Source: the human T2T-CHM13v2.0 reference genome, Homo sapiens
DNA length: 64,000 nucleotides
Assembly: GCF_009914755.1 (NCBI RefSeq)
Contig: NC_060925.1
Direction: 5' to 3' (one strand)
The translations under genes and the position numbers were made by a program. A model generated the notes under the pieces. It was not told where the DNA came from. It made no database searches and saw only the letters and a program-made list of their open reading frames with translations. The first letter of the stretch is position 1, and every line of letters starts with the position of its first letter. Below are positions 11,971 through 26,059 of this stretch, piece after piece.

Positions 11971-12399
11971 TAATATAGTTTGGATATTTGTCTCCTCCAA
12001 GGATCTTGAAATTCGATCCACCATGTTGGAGGTGGGGCCTGGTGGGAAACGTTTCGGTCCGTAGGGGCAGATCCTTCCTGAATGACTTGGTGCCATCCCC
12101 AAGGTCATGAGTGATTTCTCGCTCTATTAGTTCCTATGAGAGCTGCTTGTTAAAAAGAGCCTGGCACCTTCCCCCCTACTTCTCTCTCACTTCCTCTCTC
12201 TCTCATCATGTGATCTCTGCACGTGCCTCCCCTTTGCTTTCCACCATGAGTGGAAGCAGCCTGAAGCCCTCCGCGGAAGTGGATGCTGGCACCATGCTAC
12301 CTCTATGGCATGCTGAACCGTGAGCCAAACAAACCTCTTTTCTTTATAAATTACCCAGCCTCAGATATTCCTTCATAGCAATGCAGATGTACTAACAGA
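11971..12399 (+). mobile_element. MSTB-like MaLR solo LTR
   Basis: atagtttggatatttgtc...atgttggaggtggggcctggtggga...gaaccgtgagccaaa...actaacaga. It appears inserted in a MER103-like Charlie remnant. Confidence 0.88.
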
Positions 12400-14181
12400 G
12401 CTTCTGCCTAAGATTTCACTGGGGAAAAAGAATTCTGCTGCTAAAAATAGCTTGAAAACCTTTAGTCACTTACTTCTTCTCCTTTTGCCTTTCCTTACAT
12501 TTCTACATTCTCTGCCATTTTGCTCCCCATCTAATGATAGTTCCTGAGTCTATGTCATCCTGGCTCTGAAAAAAAGCCAAGAACCTACTGCCATTCAGAC
12601 CTCACCATGGATAAAAAGAGGGATCCCACTCTGCCCTGGTTCAGAATGGGTGTAAACATGGCACCAAGGGTGATTTATGTCAGTTCCAAGCACACCGCAC
12701 TACTAAAGAAACAGCACTGTTGTGAGATCTGTTCAGTGGACCTGAAAATTAACTTCACAGCTGAAACTGAACCTACTTAACACTTTTCCTCCCAGTGCCT
12801 ACCCGGACTCCTCTCACACCAGGAAGAAAATCAGAGAGTGTAATAATTACAAATAGAAATGTCACAAGGTCCAAGCTGTCGGAATCAAATCCAGACTTAT
12901 ATCTTCCTTCATAGACCTAGTGGGCTACATAACTATACTCCCTGCCTTTCTTCCAAACACACCCTAAACTCTCCTACTTTTTTTTACTGGATAAACATGT
13001 TTTCTTCATCTGAGAAGGGCTCCGTCTGCAGCATCCACCTACCACAGCCTGGACCAAGGGCCTGAAATGATGTTTTCACCTGGAGGTCCAGCTCCATCTG
13101 GGTCCTAAAGCCTGAGAGTCAAGCCTGGTCAGTCATTAGAATTCCTTCCTGACCAGCCGTGTGGGACCCCCTGGAAATAGTCATCCTCCCTTGTCCCCAG
13201 AGTCCAGGGAGCTCCAGGAAGGATCCGGCACCTTGGGTTCCCAAATGGCAAGCAGGCTGCAGCTTGTCAATTCTACACAATCTGGGGGCAGCTTGTCTCC
13301 AAACTGGCATTTTGATGCAGAATCCTGGCAATTAGAATCTCTCTCCAGCCTTAATAGGGATGTGTGTTATGCCTGATCAGGAATTGAAGACTGGGGGAAT
13401 GTAGAAGGGTTTGGCCCTAATGCCTAGTTTCTGCTTAGTAACTTTCCTTTATACTCTACTTCAGACAAAACTCACTGTTACATCCTGGGATGTCATTGCC
13501 ATAAACTTTAGTGAATGCTCTGCCCATTACAAGACCATTGTGCAAACTTAATTCCAAAGGATACCTTAACAAAGATGGCTCATTTTTTCCATGATTGTGA
13601 ATGAATGAATGAGTAGGAGGGGCCTCAGCCACAGTCAGTTTAACAGCTCTTTCATCAGAGAATTCTCCTGTCTCCTGGACTTCCAACTGACATCAGCCAG
13701 TACTTTTGTGCCCAGGGTCTGATGGCCCAAAATGAATGGACTAAGTGGACATTCAGTAGCAAGGTGTTGCACCACCTACCTGAGTGATAATTTGATTTCA
13801 GCTTCTGCCGACCCACATTTCACTTCCAACTCTCTTGTCTCTAGTGATTGTCTTTGGCTCTGTTTGGTTCTTCCCCTGGTCACCTGGTAATTGCAGCTGA
13901 TACTTATATGCTTGAGCTCCAGGATGCTTGGGCAGATTTGCAGGGTATCTTGTTAGGTGCTTTAAAAAGGCAAATGGCGGGCTCCAGAGGACCTTCCCAT
14001 TCCCTCCCTAAGAAACCAGCTGCACCTTTCTCCTAATGTCCTGTGTCCCTGTTAACCTCATTTCCCACGCAAAGTCCAAGCCTCCAGGGTCTTCCAACAA
14101 CACTTAGACTTTTGTCTCCATATGGCTTCTTTGCACATCCCTTAATCTGACCCAAGTTCCCAGCTCTCTTCAATCCTCTAA

Positions 14182-14548
<367 letters not shown>

Positions 14549-14604
14549 TTAAATCCTCTATATTCTTAACTGCTTCAATAAAAGCTCTCTCCCGTTGCTT
14601 TCTC

Positions 14605-14880
14605 CTTTTTTAGTCTTTATTTTGTTTATAATTGGCATATAATAACTATACTATGGGGTATAGTGTCATTTTCCATACATGTATAAATTGTGTAATGATC
14701 AAATCAGAGTATTCAGCATATTCATCACCTTAAACATTTATCATTTTCTTATGATGAGAACATTAAAAGGAAGGATGGGGAGAGATTTGTTAATGGGTAC
14801 AAAGTTATAGTTAGATAAGAGGAATAAGTTCTGGTGCTCAGTATATTGTGAACTATAGATGCCCATGGTTAACAATATTG
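14605..14880. mobile_element. L1MA 3' fragment with 5' inversion
   Basis: 14605-14768 is the antisense L1MA 3' terminus. 14769-14880 is the sense copy of the immediately upstream L1MA 3'UTR segment. Confidence 0.8.
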
Positions 14881-15149
14881 CATCGCCATCTCTCTCCTGT
14901 TTCTTGCTGCAACTGAAACACAGCGCCCCCAGAGGACTCCGCTTCCTCTTCAGCCCTCTTAAACTGTAGCTTGCTTTGTTTCTCCCATACTCCATGCACT
15001 TGGACCTGGAGTGACACAAGTGCCTTCTTGTTCCTCATTGCTCCTTGCAGACCATTTCTTCTCTCCACTGGAAAACAAAAGCAAACAAAACAAAACAGGA
15101 AACAGCCCAGATCCTTGAAGAAAATGCCATCTGATTATGCTGTCTGCCA

Positions 15150-17712
15150 CTACTCCTCCTTTTTTCAGTCATTCAACTTGCAGCCATGCACCCTAATGCA
15201 TTAATGATCTTATACCTATCCCACTGCCTTCGCTCTCCCTCAATTCCTGTCTGCTTCTTGGCAACATCAACGTTCACATCGACAAGCATCCCAAACCCCG
15301 AGCCCCTGAGATCCTTCCCCTCCTTAATTCTGCCCCATCCCAGCCTCCCATCTCATGGTCATAGTCTGTCTTGTCATTATTCAGACCAGATCAGCTCTAA
15401 AACCTTGATTTCCAACATTTCATTCTCTAACCAGAGCCTCTCTCACTTTTAGGCTCACCTGTCCTAGGTTCTCACTCCAAAAATTCTTTGCTTTGCTGGG
15501 ACCTCTGATCCTTTGGTCCTTCAGACCACTGTCTGTCCGGATCTCTCCTAATAGCGTCACTTCCCTCCCATCTAGTTTAGATTTCATGGCCCATTATTAT
15601 AATTTCTCTTCCCCTGTCACACTCACTAGTCAAAACCCCAAATGTAGTTAATTCTGCCTCTCCACTTCCCCAACCCCTGCATCTGAGCCCCTGACTGTAG
15701 CTGCAAAACAACACAAGGACATGCTGATGGATCTTGCTTTAACATTATGAACACAGAGCCCCAGGAGGTCCTCATCATGCCTCGAGATCCTACTACACTG
15801 TCCTGGCCATGCCACCCCTCCTCTCCGTGATGATCTCACTTTAAGAAAGTAGAAGCTCACAGGAGAAAATGTCTTCATTCACTCATCACCAAATCCATAT
15901 GTATCCTGTGGTTCCACAGGATACGTGTTTTCCTTTCACTGTATTGTTACAGTGGATGACAATAAGAAAAAAAAGAGCTAACATTTATTCATTGTTTCCT
16001 AGTCCACATACAGTTCTAAGTGTTTTATATGCATTAATGCACTTAATCCTCATCAAACCTTGTGTAATAGATACAATGATCATTTCTACTTCTCAGGTAA
16101 GGAAACTGAGGCATGAGGAGGTTAAGTTACTTGAGTGAATGGTGTATGCTTTTATCTGAAAAGACAACTCCTCCATTTGTTCCATAAGTTTCCCTTCCTG
16201 TTTCTTGGTCATTGCTTCTTTTCTGATAGATCATTCCTATTATAGAAATTTCCTGAAATATCTTCCCTGTTAAGTAAAATTATGTCCTTGTACCCCAGTT
16301 ATTGGTTCATTTCTCTGCTCTCTCTGATAGTTAATGCCTTTGAGGAGAAGTTCACTTTTCCCCTGAACCCACTCCAGCCAGACTTCCCAGACCCATCACT
16401 TCAAGGAAACCCTGGTATCAAGATTGCCAATGACCTCCACGTTTCCCAATCCTGTTCTTCTCTGCGTCTCAGTGCTGTTGAACACAGCAACCACCCACTT
16501 CTCTCAACTTCCTGGGAGGCTGCTTGATCTTGGTTCTCCTCCCACCTCACTGGTAGCTACTTCTCAGACCCTTTGCAGGTTCCTTCTCATCTTCCTGACC
16601 TGGGAATATCACAGTCTTAGGCCTGTCTCTCTTTTCTTTCTATACTCTAAATCCTCTTTCTTCATCATAGCTGTAAATACCATCTATTCACTCAGGAATG
16701 TCAAAGTTATTTCTCTGGCAAAGACCTTTCTAGAGTTCCAGAATCTTACATCTAAGCGTTCATTCAAACTCACTTGGATGTTGAGTAGACATCTCAAACT
16801 TGACCCGTTAAACACTGATGATGCCCCATCTCTTTCTTCCCAGCCCATCTTCTTCACTCCAGTGGAAGATACCATCAGACACTCAGGCCTAAACCCTTGG
16901 CATCTCGATCAATTGGTCTTAATTCCCCTCTCTTCTTGCATGCCCACCTTTTATCCCCAATATCCAACCCATCAGCATGTATTGTCATCTCCATCTAAAA
17001 TATACCACCCTTTCCACCACCCGTTAGTCCAAGCCATCAAACAGGTCAAACAGCCACCTGACAATCTGTCTGCTTTCATTTCTGCCTCCTCCCACCCCAT
17101 TATAGTCCCATATCTGACAGCAGCCAAAGCATTTCTTTTAAAAAATAGAATAAGGCATGTCTCTCCTTTATTTGGTATTCTGCAATGCCTTCCAATACAC
17201 TGATTTTTCCCTCCAAATTCTTACCAGGACTTACATGGGCTGGTTGTCTCTTCTACCCCAGATCCTATATGTCATCTTCTTGCCCACTCCACACCATCCA
17301 CTCTGACCTCTTTGCTGTTCTTCAAGGACGCACAAAGTCATGGTGTCCTCAGGGCCTTTGCGTTACTGTTTCTTCCTTCCTACCCCTCACCCCCTCATAT
17401 TTGTATGGCTAACTCTCTCTCTGCTCAAATCTCAGCACTTTGGAAAAGCCTTCTGTCGAACCTCAAATAGTTCCTTGTTACTGTCTACCTGTTTACGCTG
17501 CTTCATTTGCCTCTATAAGCACATTCACTATCTGACATTACATTAGATGCTTGATTCAAAGTTTATTATCTGCCTTTCCCACAGAATGTAAGGTCTATGG
17601 GAAGAAGAGAATGCATCTTCTTTTTGCCACTGTATGCCCAGAGCCTAGAACAAACACCTGGCATATAGTGGGCTTCCAATCATACATGCTGATTGATTGA
17701 AATGAATGAATG
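15150..17712 (+). mobile_element. Long L2 LINE remnant (EN, RT and 3' tail)
   Basis: LGNINVHID at ~15258 resembles the GDFNIH endonuclease motif. PLNPLQPDF...KIANDL at ~16360-16436 resembles the LDPLQSGF...KVTNDL RT motif. The element ends in (aatg)n at 17701-17712. Confidence 0.8.
15960..16135 (-). mobile_element. MIR inserted in L2
   Basis: agctaacatttatt...ttaatcctca...aggaaactgaggcatgaggaggttaagttacttg. Confidence 0.8.
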
Positions 17713-18259
17713 GGAACCACAGCCAGCTCTTCTTATATAGTGGGTTTCCCTATAGATCCTTAAGCAGTATAATTAATGCCCTTTTGAAAGATGGACAATT
17801 CAGCATCTTTCTGCCTTGAGTTCCCTCAATGTTGAGGGGTCACTCCACACTTTTCTACTTCTCCCTAAGCTGCACCCACTAGCAACTGAAACGTTGCCCA
17901 GTGCAGCTGCACCAGCATAGCAATGGCCAAAAGGAAGCTACAACTTGAGTCCAAGCAGCTTTAGGCTTCTCAGATGTCCTGGTCAATGCTGAGCTCACAT
18001 TGCCTCACTAGGGGTGTGCATCTTGACTGACTCTCCTGTCAGCCTCATCAAGTTTCCTTAAAATTATCCTTAAATTCTGGTGTTAACACCCTGCCTTGGG
18101 CTTTGCTCCCACTTTAAAACTGCTTCTACTTCTAGTTTGATGCCCAAGAAATGGCCCATTTGTAGCTGCAGATCTTTATCTTTGAGGCTTCGGCTGGTCA
18201 TTGTATCTGCTCCTTTAGATGGGCCAGGGACTTAGGTGGCACTCCATCTGAGCCCTCCA

Positions 18260-18380
18260 TATTTCCCTATTTTTGTCTGTTCTTCATTGCCTGGCACCTC
18301 TGCTGGGAGTTGGCATGCAGTTCCTAGAGTCATGCCTTGCACAAAGTAAACACTGAAGAAATAGTAATTGAATTGAATTA
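18260..18380 (+). mobile_element. L2 3' fragment
   Basis: tttgtctgttcttcattgc...tgccttgcacaaagtaaacact...ttgaattgaatt. Confidence 0.55.
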
Positions 18381-18399
18381 GAAGAGTGCTTCAGTCATC

Positions 18400-18797
18400 G
18401 ATAACTTCAGAAAAAAACAAAAAAAGCCCACCCTAAAACAACCACTTACATTTCTCATGACTGTACGAGTTGACCAGGCAGTTCTGCCCCATGTGATATC
18501 CACTAGGGTACTGGGACAGAGACGCATGGCCCCAGCCCAGCATGAGCCAGCAGCCACCATCTGGGAGCTGAGGTGGGGCCATGGCCAAAGGCTTGGGTGT
18601 TTCTCCACGCAGCCTTCTCCACATGATGATCCAGGCTTCCTTACAGCAGAATAGGTGAACTCAAGGCTTGGCTTGTTATGTGCTTCCTGACACCCATTGG
18701 CCAAAGCTAGTGACAGTCTGGGTGGGAGGAAGCTCTATAGAGGTAAGATTATTGGAATGTGGGCTCACTGGAATCCCTGAAGTAGCAGTCTACCACA
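18400..18797 (-). mobile_element. MLT1 (old MaLR) LTR
   Basis: cccattggccaaagctagt and a terminal cagtctaccaca (reverse of tgtggtagactg). Confidence 0.65.
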
Positions 18798-19879
18798 ATG
18801 ACACCCTCTAACCCCTGAGGAAGCTTCCTCTCCTCATCCAACATACACTGCATTCCAGGTCTCTCTGCAAAATTGTTATAAAGTCAGACCTGATTCATCT
18901 GTGAGCACATACATTGGCCCAGCCACTGCTCTACTGGTGTGTCATTAATAACATCACATGAGTGGAGTACATGTTCTTCATGCTTGTTTTAGCTTAATCA
19001 CCATAATTCTTTACATGTCCATTGCCTTCTAAGGATTCCCTAAATCTCCATCTACTCATCCTCATGAGTTGATGTCGTGAAAGATGGAAAGGAGGTAGTT
19101 TTCTGCTCTATTTTACAAATGGAACCTAAGACCCCTTACCTGGGGTGATCACTATAATACTGTTGGGCAAAGAAGAATTTTAATTCTTTCTGGGCAATCT
19201 CAGTATATAGACTGTAGGCTAGCAACAGACTGTTGTTAATCATAGCAGTAGAGTAAGCTAGATTGAAAAAAATTAAAAACTCATCAACTAGGAAGAATAT
19301 TATGGAATTAAAAACATATCATCTCTTATGAGCCCAGAGCCACTCAGCCAGGATGGCAAAAAGATAGAAAGTCATTTCAGCTAATGCACTCTCTCGGAGT
19401 GGAAGCCAGTTCTGGGAAAGAGTCAAGTGCTTCTTAGCCCAATAATGCTGGGGTCTTTGTTTCACAAGGGGCAAGGTCCCATCTACAAGAATTACAGAAG
19501 CATTCTTTCCCCACTGTGAAATTAGACTGTGCTCTCTCCCAGAGAGAATTAATGCAGGCCTTGGTGGCATGTGCTGGCTTCTTAGACTGGTAAGAAAATC
19601 AGCCTCCAGACTCGCTGGTCAGGAGGCAGATTTGAAAAGAATTGGTACCTTTGCTCCAACTCCTAAGACTAGACCCTTCTTCCTCTCCCTCTCCCTCTCC
19701 TAGTACAGAATGCCTGAAAGGGGAGAGAATTATGTGGATCAAGCCTGGGGCTCAGGGCTTTGGAATGAGCTTCAGAATCCCCCCCAACTTTTAGGAAAGA
19801 GTGGAATTTGCTGAGGGAAGGGCTGAAGCCACTAGCCTCAGGGACTTGAAAGAAAGGGCTGTAGAAAAAAGGATGTAGT

Positions 19880-20178
19880 TGCCTGGGCTTGGTGGTTCAT
19901 GCCTGTAATCCTAGGGCTTTAGGAAGCTAGGGAGGACTGCTTCAGACCAGGAGTTTGAGACCAGTCTGGGCAACATAGCGAGACCTCTGTCTCTACCAAA
20001 AATTAAAAAAATTAGCCGGGCATGGTGATGCGCTGTAATCCAAGCTACTCAGGAGGCTGATACAGGAGGATCGCTTGAGCCCAGGAGTTCAAGGCTGCAG
20101 TGAGCCTTGATTGTGTCATTGCACTCCAGCCTGGGTGACAGAGTGAGACTGTCTCTAAAAAAGAAAAGAAAAGTAAAA
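19880..20178 (+). mobile_element. AluJ
   Basis: AluJ diagnostics ggaggatcgcttgagcccaggagttcaaggctgcagtgagc. Degenerate TSD aaaaggatgta / aaaagaatgta. Confidence 0.92.
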
Positions 20179-20779
20179 GAATGTAACATGGAAAAAAGAA
20201 AGAGAGACAGATTCAAGGAGTGCCCTCCATTCTGAACTCAGTCTGTGGTGGGTTCCTGCTGTCATGTGGCATAAGGGGACAACTACATTTGTCCAAGTTA
20301 CAACCTCTGCTTGGAGATTGACCATTTTGAATTACCTCCATTGTAGTCACCTGGGTATTTGTGATCCTGAGGGTGTAATAGGAGGTCACAGCCATGCCAG
20401 GGAGACTGATAAAGCCAGAGGCACCAAGGAAGAGGATAAGCACTCATAGTCATCTTTATTCTAGAGAACCTTGGCTGGGCTTGGGGGTAAAAACATATTC
20501 CTCTCCCAAAAAAGCATTATGCAGTGGTCAAGTCTGCCCTCATTCCAGGGCCTCCACTAACCCATGTAATGCCATTGTGCAAACTGAGAAAATGATGCCC
20601 CTCTGGGAAAATGACAAACCCTGGGAGAGGGGTGGGTTGGCTGGACTTCAGCCCCATTTTCAGCTCAATGAATCAATGTGTAACTTGCACAATGCTCTAC
20701 CTGATAGTTTCCCACAGAGTACTAAATTACCTGCATGGAGATGGGAAATGAAGGGCCCTGCCCCAGCTAGGTTATGTAA

Positions 20780-20990
20780 CAATCATAATCATAATCCCCT
20801 TTGCTCAGAGTTTCCTAGAGGCCAGGCACTAAGTAAGCTAAGGGCTTTACTTTCATGACCTCACTCAATCTTCCCAATAAGCAGGTTGTCAGCCTCATCA
20901 GCTTGTTGGCAAGTGAGGATTCCGAGGCTTTGCAAGTTAAGCAACATTGTCCGAGGACAAAGAGCTTGAAACCACAGAGCTCTGCTTACC
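20780..20990 (-). mobile_element. MIR
   Basis: ggccaggcactaag...ctcactcaatcttccc...gaggctttgcaagttaagcaac. Confidence 0.6.
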
Positions 20991-22329
20991 AGCTTCTCTC
21001 TCTCTGGATGCTCTTTTTCCTCCAAATCATTCTTAAGTTTGGAAACCTGGCTCCTCTGACTGAATGGATGCCAACAGGTTTTATTTGTTTGTTGTCTGTC
21101 ACTTTTATTTCACCAGTTCCCTTCAACTACCCTGCAGATTTCATTCAGTGCTAGGAAGTAGTAGATCCAAAAGGTGGATGTGGGTTGGCCTCCCAAGCCT
21201 CGGATCACTCTACAGGTGTCACTCTCTTCCCTCTAGCACCTTGGTTTGTCTTGCACCAGCCAAAGTTTAGTGACTATAGCAAAGGCCACCTATCCTGTGT
21301 GGCTGGTGGGGCAAAGTGCAGTGAAGCCATGCCCTCCCCACTCCCCTCGCTGTGGTCTAGACTGGCTCCCCACTGTGGAGGTTGTGCTGCTCTTTCTTCC
21401 GCACAGCCTCCTTCTCTGCCTCCTAACACTTCTCTTGTTAGTAGTTCACTCGGGGGATTGGCTCCAGGGACATCTCAGATGGGCTCCATCTACTTTTCTG
21501 ATTCTCTCCAGGCTGACTCAGCACTTGCTATGATAGAGCTCAAGGATATCTGCTTTTTCTGCATCACCATTTGCAAAGACATCATCACTAAACCATTTCA
21601 TTTAATCATCTCTAATTTTTATTGTCAAGAATTCCCTACGTGCCAGTGACTGTAACTTTGTGGATATCGTCCACACCCGAGTGTCCCTCTGCAGGGTGCT
21701 GTGTGGCTTCCTCAAGTTCTTATCATCTCTTTGTCTGTTGAAAGAACCATCTCAGAAGCAAGTCATACAGATGCATATATGTCTGTGGGTGTGTGCGTGT
21801 GCATGTGCGTGTAGTTCTTGATTCCTAAATGTTACCAAATTATTGACTGTTTCAATCTTGTTATTTTTAATGAGTAGGTTATGTAGACATTAAGTTGGCA
21901 AAAAGCAATGAAATGTCTCAATAATTCATTCCCTCTAAGACAGCAAAGTGATGAGCCTAGTTGTCTTGCAGGCTCTGGTCCAGCCCTCCACACGGGAGTT
22001 AAGAGCATGGGGGCCTCTGAGTATGATACTCTCTCCTCTCGTTTTGAGGCTATGCAACTACGGGTGTTTTGGGCTGTGTGGAAACTATCCTTAGAGGCTG
22101 CTGCAGGGTAGAGCAGAGAGCTGCTAGGCACCTCCAAGTGGAAAGACACCAGAAAGGAGACACTCTATATTTCTTTAAAGGCCCAAACACCTTTATTTGT
22201 GTGTTCCAATTCAGATTATGGGGGGGAGAAACAAAAAGCACGACGTTAAAAAAAAGTCCAGCCGTGATGATTTATGTGTATCATTATGTAATTTAATGAG
22301 ATGCAACTCATATACAAATGCTAATTTTA

Positions 22330-23046
<717 letters not shown>

Positions 23047-24048
23047 CTTGCATGGCCCTCTCCCCATACCCCAGCTCATAATAATCAAGAGCACAGGATA
23101 AGAAAGGAGGTGAATAAGGAAGGCATGCAGGGAAAATCAGTGCTTTCTTTTTGGATAGCTGCAGGTAAGGAGTGAACAAGGCTTTAGTACTAAAGCTACT
23201 TAAAATGACTTTGAACAGTAATTAGAAACGGTTGTATTTAGGGAGGTAATACCCCAGTTTCCTTAGTTCTTCCCTCCTTCCCTCTATTCCTTTCTCCCTC
23301 CCGTTATCCTTCCCTCCCTTTTCCTTCCTTCTTCTTTATTTTCTTTGCTTTCTCTTGCTCTCCTTTCTAATTTTATTTCATTGAATAAACATTTATTGGT
23401 GATTGACTCTGTGCAAAGGAAATCTTCGAAATGTGATTTCACTCTTATCCAAGTGTATCTTTCTTTAAGAGTTTTTGAACAATTATAATCACATAGATAA
23501 TCTAAAGTTTCAATAGAAACATAGCCTCAAAAAAGATGATTACTTCATTGTAAAATGTACCCCGTTGGACCTGGGAAAGAAGAAGCTAGAAATCGAAAGG
23601 CCGATTTGGTTGATTCATGACAACCTTGGGCAAGCTATAAGCTTTCTGCTCCTACAACAATCTAATGGCATTGCTAACTCGAAAAGAAAACGTGATTATT
23701 TTCAATGTAAACTCTAAAATGTGCTAAGCTGCTTCTAAACCTCCTTTTGGAAACACTTCAGTAAAAATGAAAAAGGATAACTTGGGTCATAGAAGAGGCA
23801 AAAGCCCAGAGCCAAGAAAATATAGGTTGTTTCTATACTTAATTCTTAGGCTAATCTTCCCTTCAGAAATAGTTTCTAATCAACTCTCCATCTTTGGCTG
23901 CCATAAGAGATAGAGAATGAAATGTAGAAGGAAAATCATAAAAGCTGCTTTGTTTCCCTATTTTCCAATTGATCTTAGCCAAAACTCTGAAAAGCGATGT
24001 TTCCCTATTTTCCAAAATTTTTGTCCAGATATTGGGCAGGTAATTTCT

Positions 24049-24706
24049 TTTTTTCTTTCTTTCTTTTTTTCTTTTTCTTTTTCTTTTTCTTTTTCTTTTT
24101 TTTTTTTTTTGAGATAGGGTCTTGCTCTGTCGCCCAGGCTGGAGTGGCGTGGTGCCATCTCGGCTCACTGCAACTTCTGTCCCCTGGTTCAACCGATTCT
24201 TGTGTTGTGTCTCAGCCTCCTGAGTAGCTGGGATTACAGGCCCCTGCCACCATGGCCAACTAATTTTTTCTTTTTTTTTTTTAAGACGGAGTCTTGCTCT
24301 GTTGCCCAGGCTGGAGTGCAGTGGCGCAATCTCGGCTCACTGCAAGCTCTGCCTCCAGGTTCATGCCATTCTCCTGCCTCAGCCTCCCGAGTACCTGGGA
24401 CTACAGGCGCCCGCCACCACACCAGGCTAATTTTTTGTGTTTTTAGTAGAGATGGGGTTTCACCGTGTTAACCAGGATGGTCTCGATCTCCTGACCTCGT
24501 GATCCACCCACCTCAGCCTCCCAAATTGCTGGGATTGCAGGAATGAGCCACCGTGCCCGGCCATGCCCAGCTAATTTTTGTATTTTTAGTAGAGACGGGG
24601 TTTCACCATGTTGGCCAGGCTGATCTTGAACTCCTGACCTCAAGTGATCTGCCTGCCTCAGCCTCCCAAAGTGTTGGGATTACAGGCGTGAGCCACCACG
24701 CCCAGC
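24049..24706 (-). mobile_element. AluSx-like host Alu, split by a nested AluY
   Basis: Right arm 24049-24267 and left arm 24563-24706. Exact 16-bp TSD tgggcaggtaatttct (24033-24048, 24707-24722). Confidence 0.92.
24268..24562 (-). mobile_element. AluY-like element nested in the central A-rich linker of another Alu
   Basis: gcaagctctgcctcc, ccattctcc and aggatggtctcgatctcctgacctcgtg. TSD atg[g/c]cca[a/g]ctaatttt. Confidence 0.92.
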
Positions 24707-26059
24707 TGGGCAGGTAATTTCTGATTCCAGGGCCTCCCAATGGGACACTGAGAGAAAACACAACTGGGTTGACTCAATAAACAGGGACTATTTGCCAGCT
24801 AACGTTTATTGTGCATCTCTATCAACTAAGCGCTCTGCATTCTCAAACTGTTGAAATTCCACATGTATGACAACCTCTTCTGTATTTGTGTATATCAGGC
24901 ATGGACTCTTATTTTCCATGGAGTTTGAGTTTGCTAGCTTTCCCATTAGTACTTACACAAAGAAATGTCGGTCAGCCTCCCCAGGTTCCTCTTCCTGGCC
25001 CTTCTCATCCTCTCAGGGAGCTGTCACTATAGGCAGCCTCAAATTCACAGCCTGTCTCTTGTAGCTGTTTCTGGGCTTGATCCTCCTAAGCTTTGTACTT
25101 GAGCCCGTCACTTTGCATAAAAGGATGTTCTTGACTACATTGCCACCTTTTGTTCCTTTCATCAAATGGAAATTACCTTTGTTATGAAATCATTGGTTGA
25201 CATATAATTTACTCTTGCTGTGATCTGGTAGAAAATTGTACATTAAAAGAAAACCTCAAATACAACAGCACTCAAGTTGAAAATGTCCTATTATTTCCTA
25301 AAGAGAAGGACAAAAAGCGAAAGATATCAGAAAATATTGTGAACAAATGGAAGATTTTCATTAGTGTTGGATGACTAACTCAGCACCGATGGCATTCCAG
25401 TGGCTATAATTTAGCTCCACACTCAGTTGGCAGTATTAAATGCTTCCCTTTGGTGCACTTTTGTGGCTGAAGCGACGGCCTCCTATGTGTTTTGTGTGCA
25501 ATTTCTCCTTAAATCAGCTGCCTACCATTTTGTTCCAGTTCACAGTGCCTTTTGGCCCCAGGATACAGTGCAAGTCCAAAGGAGGCACTAAAAGTGATGT
25601 GGTTGAATGACAGTTAAGTCATTTGCAAGGTCCTCAGCTCCAGCTATGAGGTTAGCACTAGACAGATCAACTTTTCATTCTTGGCTTGTGCCTCTGAGGT
25701 TTCCTACATAGCTAGCATTTTCAGTTGGTTAAATTCCTATTTATTTCATGGATTAGTCATACGTACCAACAGTGAGGGTGCTTCTTAGCACAACGGAAAG
25801 TCGTTGCTGGAGGAAACATTGTGGTTTATCTAATCTAGTTGTTATTTTTTAGATTAGGACATTAAAGCCCAGAAAAAAAAAAAACTGATCAAGATCATAT
25901 GCCTCCCTTTTTTTTTTTTTTTGCTTTAATTGATAATTCTTATCACAGTGCCCCAACTGCCTCACATGGCAGGTGTCTTCTGTACCTTTTGTATTCCTCA
26001 CAGAGGCCAGCTTGGAAGATGGGCCTACTCTGTTGAGTGCGCATATATACTTGGAGGAT

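Noticed and set aside
16424-17203. Longest ORF in the window (259 aa)
   Set aside because: It falls within the decayed pyrimidine-rich L2, and the L2 RT motif is in a different frame, so it is treated as chance.
25560-25577. CAGTGC in a hairpin loop as a possible iron-responsive element
   Set aside because: The five bases on either side (ggata / aagtc) do not form the required upper stem, and there is no mRNA context.
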